Below, in pieces: positions 49,305 through 58,146 of a DNA stretch of 64,000 nucleotides. The notes below the pieces were generated by a model. It searched no databases, was not told where the DNA came from, and worked only from the letters and a program-made list of their open reading frames with translations. The DNA comes from an uncultured Candidatus Saccharibacteria bacterium (GTDB taxonomy: Bacteria; Patescibacteriota; Minisyncoccia; Minisyncoccales; UBA1441). The translations under genes and the position numbers were made by a program. The DNA is taken from NCBI GenBank assembly GCA_964647465.1, contig CAZYFS010000001.1, positions 28,690 through 92,689 of the forward strand. The letters are read 5' to 3'. Position 1 is the stretch's first letter. Every line of letters begins with the position of its first letter.

Positions 49305-49435
49305 GCTTTCCCAAAACTCCCCACAACATCAACAAAAACGAAATTTTGTTAATAACCTGTGTATAAACTGAGCAATACAAACAGATTGACCAAAGGTGGC
49401 TTGGTTGTTATTCTAATAGAAAATCTTTTTGTCTT
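49305..49435. promoter_or_regulatory. dnaA upstream region / alternative oriC candidate at the strand-switch point
   Basis: DnaA-box variant TGTGTATAA at 49374-49382. It sits at the divergent junction between the minus-strand dnaA-dnaN and the plus-strand rnpA-yidC-jag. Confidence 0.35.
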
Positions 49436-49774
49436 ATGTTATCTCGACTCAACCGTTTAACTCGAAATAAAGATTTTCAACGAATTTACGATCATGGGCA
49501 AACTTGCCGTGGCCCTTATTTAATGATCAAGGTTTTAAAAAATGAGTTATCGATTAATCGCCTCGGAATAGTGGTTAGTAAAAAGATTTCTAAAAAGGCA
49601 GTTACTCGTAACAAAATTAAACGTTGGATAAGATACCTATTTAGTCAGGAGCTTTTTCAATTAAGGCCAGGATATGATATCATGGTGATTACTTATCCGA
49701 AAATTAGAAACCAAGAATACAAAACAATCAAAGAGAACCTAATGGAAGTTTTTAAAAAAGCTAAATTATTGTAA
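49436..49774 (+). CDS. rnpA: RNase P protein component
   Basis: MLSRLNRLTRNKDFQRIYDHGQ...RNKIKRWIR. RnpA signature. Confidence 0.85.
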   Translation: MLSRLNRLTRNKDFQRIYDHGQTCRGPYLMIKVLKNELSINRLGIVVSKKISKKAVTRNKIKRWIRYLFSQELFQLRPGYDIMVITYPKIRNQEYKTIKENLMEVFKKAKLL

Positions 49775-49778
49775 AGTT

Positions 49779-50495
49779 ATGTCGATTATTTCTATTTTTA
49801 ATTTATTCTTGTATCAGCCTTCTTTTAATTTGTTAATCTTGCTGTACGTTTATATTCCTGGACACGATTTAGGGGTGGCGGTCATCGTTCTCACAATATT
49901 GGTGCGTCTACTCTTTTATCCTCTTTCTGTTAAATCAATTAAAACCCAAGAGGCAATGAATAAAATACAGCCTCGCTTAAAAGAAGTAAAAGAGAAGTTT
50001 AAGAATGACGTCCAGAAGCAATCAGCAGAGATGATGGCGCTTTATAAAAAACACAACATTAGTCCTTGGTCTAATTTTCTTTTGATGCTTATCCAGATCC
50101 CGGTCATAATCGCTTTGTTTCAAGTCTTTTCTCGTGGTTTTGGTCCAGAGATTCTACAACCAAATCTTTATTCCTTTATTGCCATGCCAGATTTATCTTC
50201 TCCGACTTTATTCGGAATTCTTAATTTGACCCAATCAAACATGGTGGTGGCTGTTTTAGCCGGAGTGACTCAGTTTTTCCAGACAAAAATGATTACACCC
50301 TCTTCTAAAAAAGAGAAGGGAGAATCAAAGAAAGCAACGGGAGCAGGAATGCAAAAGTCTATGCTTTATTTTTTCCCTCTTTTTACCATTTATATTCTTT
50401 CGCGCTTAAATTCAGCCGTTGGTCTATACTGGCTAACTAGCAATCTTTTTGCTCTAGTTCAGCAATACTATTTACTTAAGCGCAAACATGATTAA
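49779..50495 (+). CDS. yidC: membrane protein insertase YidC (short form)
   Basis: 238 aa. YidC/Oxa1 core (LVRLLFYPLS, QPRLKEVKEK, ...NPLGGCLP-like region). Confidence 0.8.
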   Translation: MSIISIFNLFLYQPSFNLLILLYVYIPGHDLGVAVIVLTILVRLLFYPLSVKSIKTQEAMNKIQPRLKEVKEKFKNDVQKQSAEMMALYKKHNISPWSNFLLMLIQIPVIIALFQVFSRGFGPEILQPNLYSFIAMPDLSSPTLFGILNLTQSNMVVAVLAGVTQFFQTKMITPSSKKEKGESKKATGAGMQKSMLYFFPLFTIYILSRLNSAVGLYWLTSNLFALVQQYYLLKRKHD

Positions 50496-50949
50496 AGGAA
50501 AAGAATTGAAATTAGTTCAAGAAATTGTCCAGAATTTTTTCCAACAAATGCTGCTTGAATGTTCGGCGAAGGTTAAAGGCTCTTCTCCGGGGACAATCAA
50601 TATCGAAATAGAAGTTGAGGAAGCACCAATATTAATTGGAATAAATGGAGAAACGCTTTTGAGCATTCAAAGTTTATTGAAGAAAATTCTAACAAAAAGA
50701 CTAGATCGGTTAATTTTTGTGGATTTTGATATTAACGGTTATAAAAAAACAAAATCAAAGCAACTTAAAGACTCGGCGGCAACTACTGCCGATCAGGTTG
50801 CTTTGACTGGAGTGAAAGAAGTTCTTCCTTCAATGTTTTCCTGGGAGAGGAGAATTGTTCATCTTGCTCTTATCGAGCGAAAAGATGTTTACACGGAAAG
50901 CGAAGGACAAGGAAAGGAGAGAAGAGTAATTATCAAACCGACCTCCTAA
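50488..50949 (+). CDS. jag: Jag/KhpB RNA-binding protein (KH + R3H)
   Basis: 153 aa. Conserved position after yidC and an R3H-like C-terminus (RRIVHLAL). Confidence 0.7.
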   Translation: MIKGKELKLVQEIVQNFFQQMLLECSAKVKGSSPGTINIEIEVEEAPILIGINGETLLSIQSLLKKILTKRLDRLIFVDFDINGYKKTKSKQLKDSAATTADQVALTGVKEVLPSMFSWERRIVHLALIERKDVYTESEGQGKERRVIIKPTS

Positions 50950-50952
50950 ACT

Positions 50953-52446
50953 CTATTGAGATATACCCTGTTCGACGACAGGGATAATAGAAATACGTCC
51001 TACTTTTGGGCGAAAAGCTTCAGTTCCTCGCAAGATGGAACTGCTTTTTAAATCAGTGGTGCTATCCCTAAAAACCTGACAATCAGCACCAGCGTTTTCC
51101 TCATTATTATAGAGAGTGTCGTTACTCAATACCACCCAATAGCTTCCATCGACTTTGACGGAATAAATTCGTTCAAGGCCATTCCACGGATAATTAATCT
51201 CTTCTTCCCAGAAGTATTCGTGTCCATTTTGAATTTCGGCAGCAGAAATAGTGTGGCAACCAGCTCCGCTAACGTCGGTTGCGAAATCAAGGTTTTGGCA
51301 AAAAGTAACCCCACCTTTTAATTCTTTGCTGAACTGACGGGCAAAAACTTCAACACTGCGAATGCGACTCGGTTCAATATCTAGATCATCTAAGGCAGTG
51401 CATTTAGGAAGGATAGTGTAATTAATGTTTTCTGCGAGATTGTGGGTGTCTACTTCCCTTCCTTCGTGAACAATACCACATTGGCCCTCTCCTCCAGTCT
51501 TGGTATGAAAGACTCCTCCCCAATAAATATCAGGAGAATAATAATCAAGAGTGTCATTGTCATGACTAGATATCCAACCCTCAGCATTATTATAAGTAAA
51601 GCGAAAGCGGAGGGATTCAGTGTGATCATTGAAAAGCCCTAAGTCGCTGCTTCCTATTCCAATTGGCAAAGGAAGATTATTTGGATAATCTTCAAAATTT
51701 ATTCGGCAACCTCCGCCAAATATTCCTGCTGATGGGAATAACACTAATCCGGAAATTAAATCGTCGAAGTAGATAGATTTGGGGTTAGAAAAGAGTTCTT
51801 GGCGAGTATTTCCGCTCGCATCAACGAAATTATTTTCTATCGTTGTAAACGCTCCTCCGGCATAGTTATATTCAGGGAAAAGAAAAATAGCGCTTAATTC
51901 TTCTTTGGGGCTTTCGATTTCAACGAAGTCTATCTCGAAATCGGCTGGTAAAATAATTTCGGGAGTACTCTCTCTGATACAAAAGAGATCTTGTTTGCCC
52001 GTGTCGACATCTGGCTTGCTATATAAGCAAATGCCGTGAGCGGGAATAAGAGGTTCGTCGGTTATTCCTACAAGGCTCGGATTAATCGTGTGAACGACTA
52101 GATAAGACCCTAAAACGATCACAATCCCGAAAAGCCCGCCGTAAATTTTAGTTCGAGCGTTTTTCATTTTTGTTACCGAGCCAGCGGAAATCAAGTAAGA
52201 AATTCCTCCGTAAACAAGAATAACAAAAGCAATTATTCCAACGCTCTCGATAGCGAAATAAAATAAATAACTAAGATAAGCAGAGCCGTCAGCATCTGTT
52301 GAGGGAGCAGCTTGGCCACCAGGGAGAGTCGGATAATGAATCTCCAGTTCTCGAGCGAAAAGAGAGTCTGTTTTAATAGTAAAAAAAGTTCCGATTAAAA
52401 CAAGGCAAATAAAAACGATAAAAAGATATTTTGAGAAAGTTTTCAT
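50953..52446 (-). CDS. secreted/anchored protein with VirB2/TrbC-pilin-like two-helix N-terminal module (paralog of 52468..54921)
   Basis: 497 aa. Signal/TM, then IIAFVILVYGGISYLISAGSVTKMKNARTKIYGGLFGIVIVLGSYLVVHTINPSLVG, alignable with the N-terminus of the next ORF. A large C-terminal domain of unknown function follows. Confidence 0.5.
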   Translation of the reverse strand: MKTFSKYLFIVFICLVLIGTFFTIKTDSLFARELEIHYPTLPGGQAAPSTDADGSAYLSYLFYFAIESVGIIAFVILVYGGISYLISAGSVTKMKNARTKIYGGLFGIVIVLGSYLVVHTINPSLVGITDEPLIPAHGICLYSKPDVDTGKQDLFCIRESTPEIILPADFEIDFVEIESPKEELSAIFLFPEYNYAGGAFTTIENNFVDASGNTRQELFSNPKSIYFDDLISGLVLFPSAGIFGGGCRINFEDYPNNLPLPIGIGSSDLGLFNDHTESLRFRFTYNNAEGWISSHDNDTLDYYSPDIYWGGVFHTKTGGEGQCGIVHEGREVDTHNLAENINYTILPKCTALDDLDIEPSRIRSVEVFARQFSKELKGGVTFCQNLDFATDVSGAGCHTISAAEIQNGHEYFWEEEINYPWNGLERIYSVKVDGSYWVVLSNDTLYNNEENAGADCQVFRDSTTDLKSSSILRGTEAFRPKVGRISIIPVVEQGISQ

Positions 52447-52467
52447 TTTTAATAAATTAATTTTGAT

Positions 52468-54921
52468 TTAATTTTCCTCTTCTCCTGCCTCTGCGCAGAA
52501 GTAATTCAGCATCAGGTCTTTAACGGCTTCTTGACAGATTAGACCGTCTTGATTTTCCGAGCAAGCTTTCTTTTCGTCTTCTGATAAAGCATTGTTCCCA
52601 TAAGGGGAATCGCTATTATAGGGATAGCAATTTTTGAAATCGGGGAAGATAGTAATTCGAGAAGTGGATAGCTTATCAAGCAAAATCGAACAACTAAATA
52701 AGTCTTTAGTGGTTGCGTTTTCTCCGAACCCAGTAATGCAAGTTTCTAGCTTTTGGCGAACGTTCATTAGTTGATTGATTAACTCTGTCCTGCTTGGATC
52801 ATCTTCTTTCAAATTCTTAGCTTCAATTAAATCAATTAGATGATCAGTTCTCTTTTTAACTGATCTCTCTTCTTCTTCGAACCACTGGTTAACCTCAGCG
52901 CTTCTCCTAAAAATTATGCTTAATGGACAAGGATGCATCTCCATACTGGGGGCATTACAAGTACTACACGGACAACCAGGACAAGCACCACAATCATTAC
53001 ATCGACAACCATGAGTAGTGTAACAACCCCCACGCTTGCAATGAGTGGCAGCAGAGTCTTGGGTTGTTATCGTTCCAGAATTACATAGACAGCGAGGGGG
53101 TAAATTATAGAGAGTGCATTGATTCCCGGGATCTTTCTTGTCATAAACCGGACAAGCTTCTTCGGGGACAGAGGTTTCGACTAGGGTAGTTAGTTCAGGA
53201 ATGAGTTTTTCAATATAGGCTTCGGCGTCATCAATTAACTCGCCGATTGAAGCAGTCCCAACAGGAAAACCATCTTCTATTTCGGTGTCAACAACGCCTT
53301 CTGTAATATTTTGGCGGGCAGTGATTTTCTCTGCTCGTTCAGAAAAAGGTTTCGGGCAATAAAAAGTAAAAGCGTCTTGATCAAAGACATAACATTCTCG
53401 TTCTTCTCCTTGATTTTCGTTAGTTTCTGGTTCAACTCGGCAAATGATCCCTTCTTCGTCAGATGGCATTCTTTCGTCTTTCCCTTGCTCGTTATTTATG
53501 AGGTATTTTGAACATTTATAACTCGTCTGGGTTTGATTGTTCCACCATTGTTCAACTTCAGTCCCCTTTTCCAGTTTATCAAGATCACAATCTCCACACG
53601 AGATTTTCTCCCCATCTTCTTCGCAATCTTTGCAGTTAAAATCTCGACAATACTTTGTGATATCAAGTTGTTGTTCTTGATCACATTCTTCTCCCCATTG
53701 ATGTGGTTGATCGTTAAGGCAGAAGACAAATTGTTTCGTCCTTTCTTTGGTAATTTCTTTGATGTCGTAAAAAGCGGAATGGCTTATTATTGTTTGATAT
53801 TGACAATCGCTTTTATAAAGGCCCTCTGCTTTTTCAAGATAAGATAAATCTACCTCGAGGCTGGATTTATAGGCTGGAAGAAAATGATAAGCGAGGTATC
53901 TTAATTTATTAACAGTAGTTAGTTGAGAATAATCTTCCGTAGAAACGTGGACTAATTCACTATCTTCTAAGCAGTTGTGTCCACCAATAACTTGCTTCAT
54001 GTTTAGAACCTTTTCTCGAATTTGATTCATTTCTCCGCGACCTGGACAAGGATCTCCCGAGCAAACAGCTCCACAGCGACAACTTCCTGCGGGGGGACAG
54101 GGACAGCCACCACAACTACAATACCCACAAGCACATTGCTGGGATAAGTCCGCTAATCTTTTTGATTTGTCGCGAAGTTCTTTTCCTTTAATTTGGATCG
54201 CTTCGCTAATTCTCTTGAGACAGTCTAGGCGATCATTTCGAGTGATTGGCTGTGCTTCATTGAGAAAGTCTCCTTCATCATCAAAGGCGTAACATAGATA
54301 GGCAATTTCAGCGTCTTCGGCTATAGCGTTGGGCCATTGTTCCGGAAAATCAACTTTCATTTTTTCGGCAATTCTTTCCAATTCCCCTAGGGGAATTGGT
54401 GGAGAGAGATTAAACTGGTCGTAACGGCAGTCAGCTAGTTCACCAGAATCATCAAAACAACTAATGTTCTTAGCTAAAATTCGTTCTTCTAACAACATTC
54501 CAAAGGGAATCTCTTGAAAACCAAAAACAGTTTCTTCGGAAGGAGGGGGAGGGCTTGGTTCTTCTATAGTTCCTGGAGGAAGTTCATTAAGGATCGGTTG
54601 GAGTAGCTGAGGGTTTATTGTTTGGAGAATGAGATAAGAAAAAACGACAATCATTAATCCAGCTATTCCACCAATTATTTGTTTTTGAGCAGAACTCTTT
54701 GCCGCAACAGAACTGGTCGAAAAAAGATATTTTATCCCACCATAAATCAAAACCGCGAGAGAGATAATCCCGATTGATCTGATGCTGTAATCAAAAACGG
54801 TTCCGATTAGATTAGAAAAATCTTCTTCGGCAGCAAAAACGGAGGAAGGAAAAGAAATCAAGCAAAAAATATTTATCAAAAAAAAGAAGGCAATGCTTTT
54901 TTTAATTATCTTGGTAGTCAT
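52468..54921 (-). CDS. large cysteine-rich secreted protein with VirB2/TrbC-pilin-like N-terminal module
   Basis: 817 aa. Signal peptide, then IISLAVLIYGGIKYLFSTSSVAAKSSAQKQIIGGIAGLMIVVFSYLILQTINPQLL, followed by a poly-Pro linker. Two dense Cys clusters: CACGYCSCGGCPCPPAGSCRCGAVCSGDPCPG and CKRGGCYTTHGCRCNDCGACPGCPCSTCN. Confidence 0.5.
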   Translation of the reverse strand: MTTKIIKKSIAFFFLINIFCLISFPSSVFAAEEDFSNLIGTVFDYSIRSIGIISLAVLIYGGIKYLFSTSSVAAKSSAQKQIIGGIAGLMIVVFSYLILQTINPQLLQPILNELPPGTIEEPSPPPPSEETVFGFQEIPFGMLLEERILAKNISCFDDSGELADCRYDQFNLSPPIPLGELERIAEKMKVDFPEQWPNAIAEDAEIAYLCYAFDDEGDFLNEAQPITRNDRLDCLKRISEAIQIKGKELRDKSKRLADLSQQCACGYCSCGGCPCPPAGSCRCGAVCSGDPCPGRGEMNQIREKVLNMKQVIGGHNCLEDSELVHVSTEDYSQLTTVNKLRYLAYHFLPAYKSSLEVDLSYLEKAEGLYKSDCQYQTIISHSAFYDIKEITKERTKQFVFCLNDQPHQWGEECDQEQQLDITKYCRDFNCKDCEEDGEKISCGDCDLDKLEKGTEVEQWWNNQTQTSYKCSKYLINNEQGKDERMPSDEEGIICRVEPETNENQGEERECYVFDQDAFTFYCPKPFSERAEKITARQNITEGVVDTEIEDGFPVGTASIGELIDDAEAYIEKLIPELTTLVETSVPEEACPVYDKKDPGNQCTLYNLPPRCLCNSGTITTQDSAATHCKRGGCYTTHGCRCNDCGACPGCPCSTCNAPSMEMHPCPLSIIFRRSAEVNQWFEEEERSVKKRTDHLIDLIEAKNLKEDDPSRTELINQLMNVRQKLETCITGFGENATTKDLFSCSILLDKLSTSRITIFPDFKNCYPYNSDSPYGNNALSEDEKKACSENQDGLICQEAVKDLMLNYFCAEAGEEEN

Positions 54922-54936
54922 TTTTTTAAAATTACC

Positions 54937-55284
54937 TTAATTATCATTCTTGATTGTTAAATAAACTGTCACGATCCAAGATGCGGCAATATCTCCGAAG
55001 ATGGGAATCGATTCGACCAAGGTAGGAAGAACGCTTCGTTTTAGTAATCTTTTTAATATTTTCGCTGATTTTCCTTTTATTTGACCAGAACGCATTAAAG
55101 TCCAAATACCAAAAATAATTAAGCCGGCGATATCAAGAATCACGGAAAGAACCAAGCCGATCGGCGCCAAGACAATAGTTATGGACAGGATAAGGCAGAT
55201 AACTCCTCCTAAATCAAGAAGTCCGGCAATAAAAAACATTAAAACAGCAATGGGGGATAAAAAACTAGGAGAATTATCTTCCAT
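54937..55284 (-). CDS. small 3-TM membrane protein (T4SS-locus component, possible pilin/VirB2-like)
   Basis: 115 aa, with two long and one short hydrophobic helices. It sits between the VirB4 and the Cys-rich protein genes. Confidence 0.4.
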   Translation of the reverse strand: MEDNSPSFLSPIAVLMFFIAGLLDLGGVICLILSITIVLAPIGLVLSVILDIAGLIIFGIWTLMRSGQIKGKSAKILKRLLKRSVLPTLVESIPIFGDIAASWIVTVYLTIKNDN

Positions 55285-55287
55285 AAT

Positions 55288-57081
55288 TTAAATTTCTTTT
55301 TTGATCATTCGTTTGGCTTCTTGAATCTTGGCAACCTCGGATGGATTAGTAGTGATAATTTGATCTTCGGCATAGGAAGCAACTACTTGCATTGCTACTC
55401 TTTTTGTCCCCGCAAAGAAAATTCCTTCTCCGACTTGAGTTGAGAGAAGAAGTTCTTTCTCTCTGTTTGTCAGCCCAAAAGTTTCTTGAATTAATCCAAT
55501 CGAAGCAGAGGACTGCTTCATTAGTAATTGAAGGGAAGAATTGTTAATAATTGGTTTCCCGTAACGTGAACCCATGAAGTCACTAACGTCCTGCGTAATG
55601 GTTGTTAGGCCGAGCCAATATTTTCGGGCTCTTTTAGCCATGCCGAAAAGAAAAGAGGCGCCATCTTCTGTTTTCATAATCCACCAAGCTTCGTCAATAA
55701 CAATAACCCTTTTCTTTAATGTTCCGCGAACGGAACTCCAAATGTGATGAAGGATAATATACATGGCAATTGGTCTCAAGTCATCGCTCATGTTTTTAAT
55801 GCCGAAAACGATTAATTTATTGTTCATATCGACATTAGTGGGTTGATTGAAAAAATTAGCATAACTCCCTCGAGTGTATTTACGTACTCTGCGCAACAAA
55901 GACTGAGCTCCATCCATGCTTTCAAGCACTTCTTCGAAATCTTGCATTAAAGGAGGTTTAAGTCGAGAGAAGTCTGTTCGTGAGGTAATATCGCAAGCAG
56001 CGTAAGTGGCCGTAAGGGCTTGATCAATAATTGCATCTTCTTCAGGGGTTAAGCCCCCCAACATTGTTCGAAAGAGTCCTACTAGATCAATGACGTTACG
56101 CCGAATAACATTGGCAGGATCTTCATCGGCCGTTGGTTGCGGCAAATCGAAGGCATTAAGGTGATTGGGAGAAGAAAGAGAAATATGGAAATAAGATCCA
56201 TCAACGGCGTCGGAAAGATATTTGTATTCATTTTCTGGGTCAATAACCATGACATCCACCCCTTCCATCAATTGGCGTAGAATTTCTAGCTTAGCGAAAT
56301 AACTTTTGCCTCCTCCACTTTTTCCAAAAATAACCTCATTGGCATTTTCTAAAGAGAAGCGGTCGAAAAGAATAAGCGAATTATTGTGCCTATTGATGCC
56401 AAAGAGAATTCCTTTATTGGAACTCAAGTCGAAAGAGATAAAAGGAAACATGCTCGAAAGAGGAGAGGTGTTCATTAAGGTGTGAACTTGTAATTGGTCG
56501 AGGCCATAAGGTGAACAACTAGTAAATCCTTCTATTTGCTGGAAAGAGGCTGGTTTAAGGTAAATCAGGCGCGACTCAAGAATAGCTCGGACATCTGTTT
56601 CTACATCCCTTAATTCATCAGTTGAAGCGCCATAAAGATTGAGATAAATTCCAACCCGAAACATTCTTTCTTGAGCATTTTTTAAGCTGGATCGAAGTGA
56701 TTCGACATCTTGGTAGGCTGTTTCTAATCCGGGATCACGGACAAAGCCCTTGCCTTCTCGGTCAATCATTTCAGCTTGAACTTCGGCAGATTTTTTTCTT
56801 AATTTCTTTAAAATAGAAGTGGTTTCAACTGGATGGAGAAAGAAGGTAAGATCAAGAGGCGAAGTTAGATTAATAATAGGCGATAGCCATCCAACTGATA
56901 AATAACGAGGATAAGAAAAAACAAAAAAAGTTTTTAATTGTTGTTTTTCAATTTCGACGTGATCTTTTTGTATCTTAACGGAAGAAGGAGCAATGAGGTC
57001 ACGGCTAGTTACTGCTTTGCTAACGGGAATCGTATTTCCTCCCAGGGAGGAAAATAGGTTTTTAAGTAAAGTTGATTTCAT
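55288..57081 (-). CDS. VirB4/TraC/TrbE-family T4SS ATPase, C-terminal (ATPase) portion
   Basis: Walker A FGKSGGGKSYFAK, Walker B VIVIDEAWW, and the TITQDVSDF motif. It overlaps the upstream ORF as ATGA. Confidence 0.85.
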   Translation of the reverse strand: MKSTLLKNLFSSLGGNTIPVSKAVTSRDLIAPSSVKIQKDHVEIEKQQLKTFFVFSYPRYLSVGWLSPIINLTSPLDLTFFLHPVETTSILKKLRKKSAEVQAEMIDREGKGFVRDPGLETAYQDVESLRSSLKNAQERMFRVGIYLNLYGASTDELRDVETDVRAILESRLIYLKPASFQQIEGFTSCSPYGLDQLQVHTLMNTSPLSSMFPFISFDLSSNKGILFGINRHNNSLILFDRFSLENANEVIFGKSGGGKSYFAKLEILRQLMEGVDVMVIDPENEYKYLSDAVDGSYFHISLSSPNHLNAFDLPQPTADEDPANVIRRNVIDLVGLFRTMLGGLTPEEDAIIDQALTATYAACDITSRTDFSRLKPPLMQDFEEVLESMDGAQSLLRRVRKYTRGSYANFFNQPTNVDMNNKLIVFGIKNMSDDLRPIAMYIILHHIWSSVRGTLKKRVIVIDEAWWIMKTEDGASFLFGMAKRARKYWLGLTTITQDVSDFMGSRYGKPIINNSSLQLLMKQSSASIGLIQETFGLTNREKELLLSTQVGEGIFFAGTKRVAMQVVASYAEDQIITTNPSEVAKIQEAKRMIKKEI

Positions 57082-57734
57082 TTAACGTCTTCTGTTAATT
57101 CTGGCATAATAGAGGGATAATATCCTACTTCGGCTGAATGTGGATGATACCAAGCCCAAAGCAACTCAATTAATTCGGGGGTTGTTAGCGGGGATGAGTT
57201 TAATCCACATCGCCTTAAGCCAATAGAAATAAACTCCATTCTTTGCCTTAACTGAGTCCTTGCTCTTTCGAAGGCTGATTCAGGAATTAATTCTTCTTGT
57301 TTTTTGGAAGCCAATAGTCTCTTGAATGAACTTGATCCCTCTACCTCAATTAGAGTGTAAGGAACAATCACTAAAAACCTTTTACTCATGATGGTTCCCC
57401 GATTAATAATTTTAGCAACAAAGCGTCTATAGTCAGCAGTTTGAATGCGCAATAGTTCGTTAGTTTGATTTTCTTCCAAGGTTTTCACTTTTTCGAGGTA
57501 GCCAGTTAAGTTCACTCGGCGAGATTGAACGGAAATCTGAGTATCGAAATCAAGAGAATTGATAAAATTTTGGAATTGAAAAATGATAGCCTCTTGTTCA
57601 TCGTTTGATTTAAGGGCAAAGTTCGAAGAAGAGAGCATGAGAATTCCTCGCAAAGCTTTGTTTTTTAAAATAATAACGCCATCTTTAATCTCCTGGAAAG
57701 GAAGGAATTCTTGTGTTGTTGCCTTATCGCCCAT
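57078..57734 (-). CDS. VirB4-family N-terminal domain (split from the ATPase portion)
   Basis: LPFQEIKDGVIILKNKALRGILMLSSSNFALKSNDEQEAIIFQFQNFINSL matches the conserved VirB4/TcpF/PrgJ N-terminal region. Confidence 0.7.
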   Translation of the reverse strand: MGDKATTQEFLPFQEIKDGVIILKNKALRGILMLSSSNFALKSNDEQEAIIFQFQNFINSLDFDTQISVQSRRVNLTGYLEKVKTLEENQTNELLRIQTADYRRFVAKIINRGTIMSKRFLVIVPYTLIEVEGSSSFKRLLASKKQEELIPESAFERARTQLRQRMEFISIGLRRCGLNSSPLTTPELIELLWAWYHPHSAEVGYYPSIMPELTEDVK

Positions 57735-58146
57735 GTTTTTTTAAATCTAATTTATTTTTGAGACGAGACAACTGACTCAACGGAGCAATAGCCAAGACAT
57801 CTCTTTGTTTTTTTCCTTGAATTTCGGGAGGTTCTTTTTTAGAAACTACGGGAATGGGTAGGGTCATCTCTTTCCTTTTCCATAAGTAAATTTTGGGTCC
57901 AAGAATATATTTAAAAATACTCTCTATAAAAACAGACAAAGGACGACTATTCGGACGGAGAAAGGCTAAGCTTGTAGTAATAATAGCGACAATGGCAATT
58001 GCTACCCAAAAAGCTGAACTAGGAAGAAAAAAGTAGAGAACAAAAAGCAACAAAGCCCCTCCTCCCAGGAAGAGTAATTGTTTAAACCGTAGGGGACCAA
58101 CAATCTTTGGTTCTCTCTCAATAAATTTTGGGACTAGGTATTGCAT
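57724..58146 (-). CDS. VirB3/PrgI/TcpE-like small 2-TM T4SS protein
   Basis: 140 aa. Short N-terminus, then two adjacent TM helices (LLFLGGGALLLFVLYFFL / FWVAIAIVAIITTSLAFL). It lies directly upstream of VirB4, as in Gram-positive-type T4SS operons. Confidence 0.55.
   Translation of the reverse strand: MQYLVPKFIEREPKIVGPLRFKQLLFLGGGALLLFVLYFFLPSSAFWVAIAIVAIITTSLAFLRPNSRPLSVFIESIFKYILGPKIYLWKRKEMTLPIPVVSKKEPPEIQGKKQRDVLAIAPLSQLSRLKNKLDLKKHGR

Noticed and set aside
49305-49435. rpmH (ribosomal protein L34) expected upstream of rnpA
   Set aside because: No roughly 45-codon ORF rich in Arg/Lys is present in this region in any frame. It is presumably encoded elsewhere.
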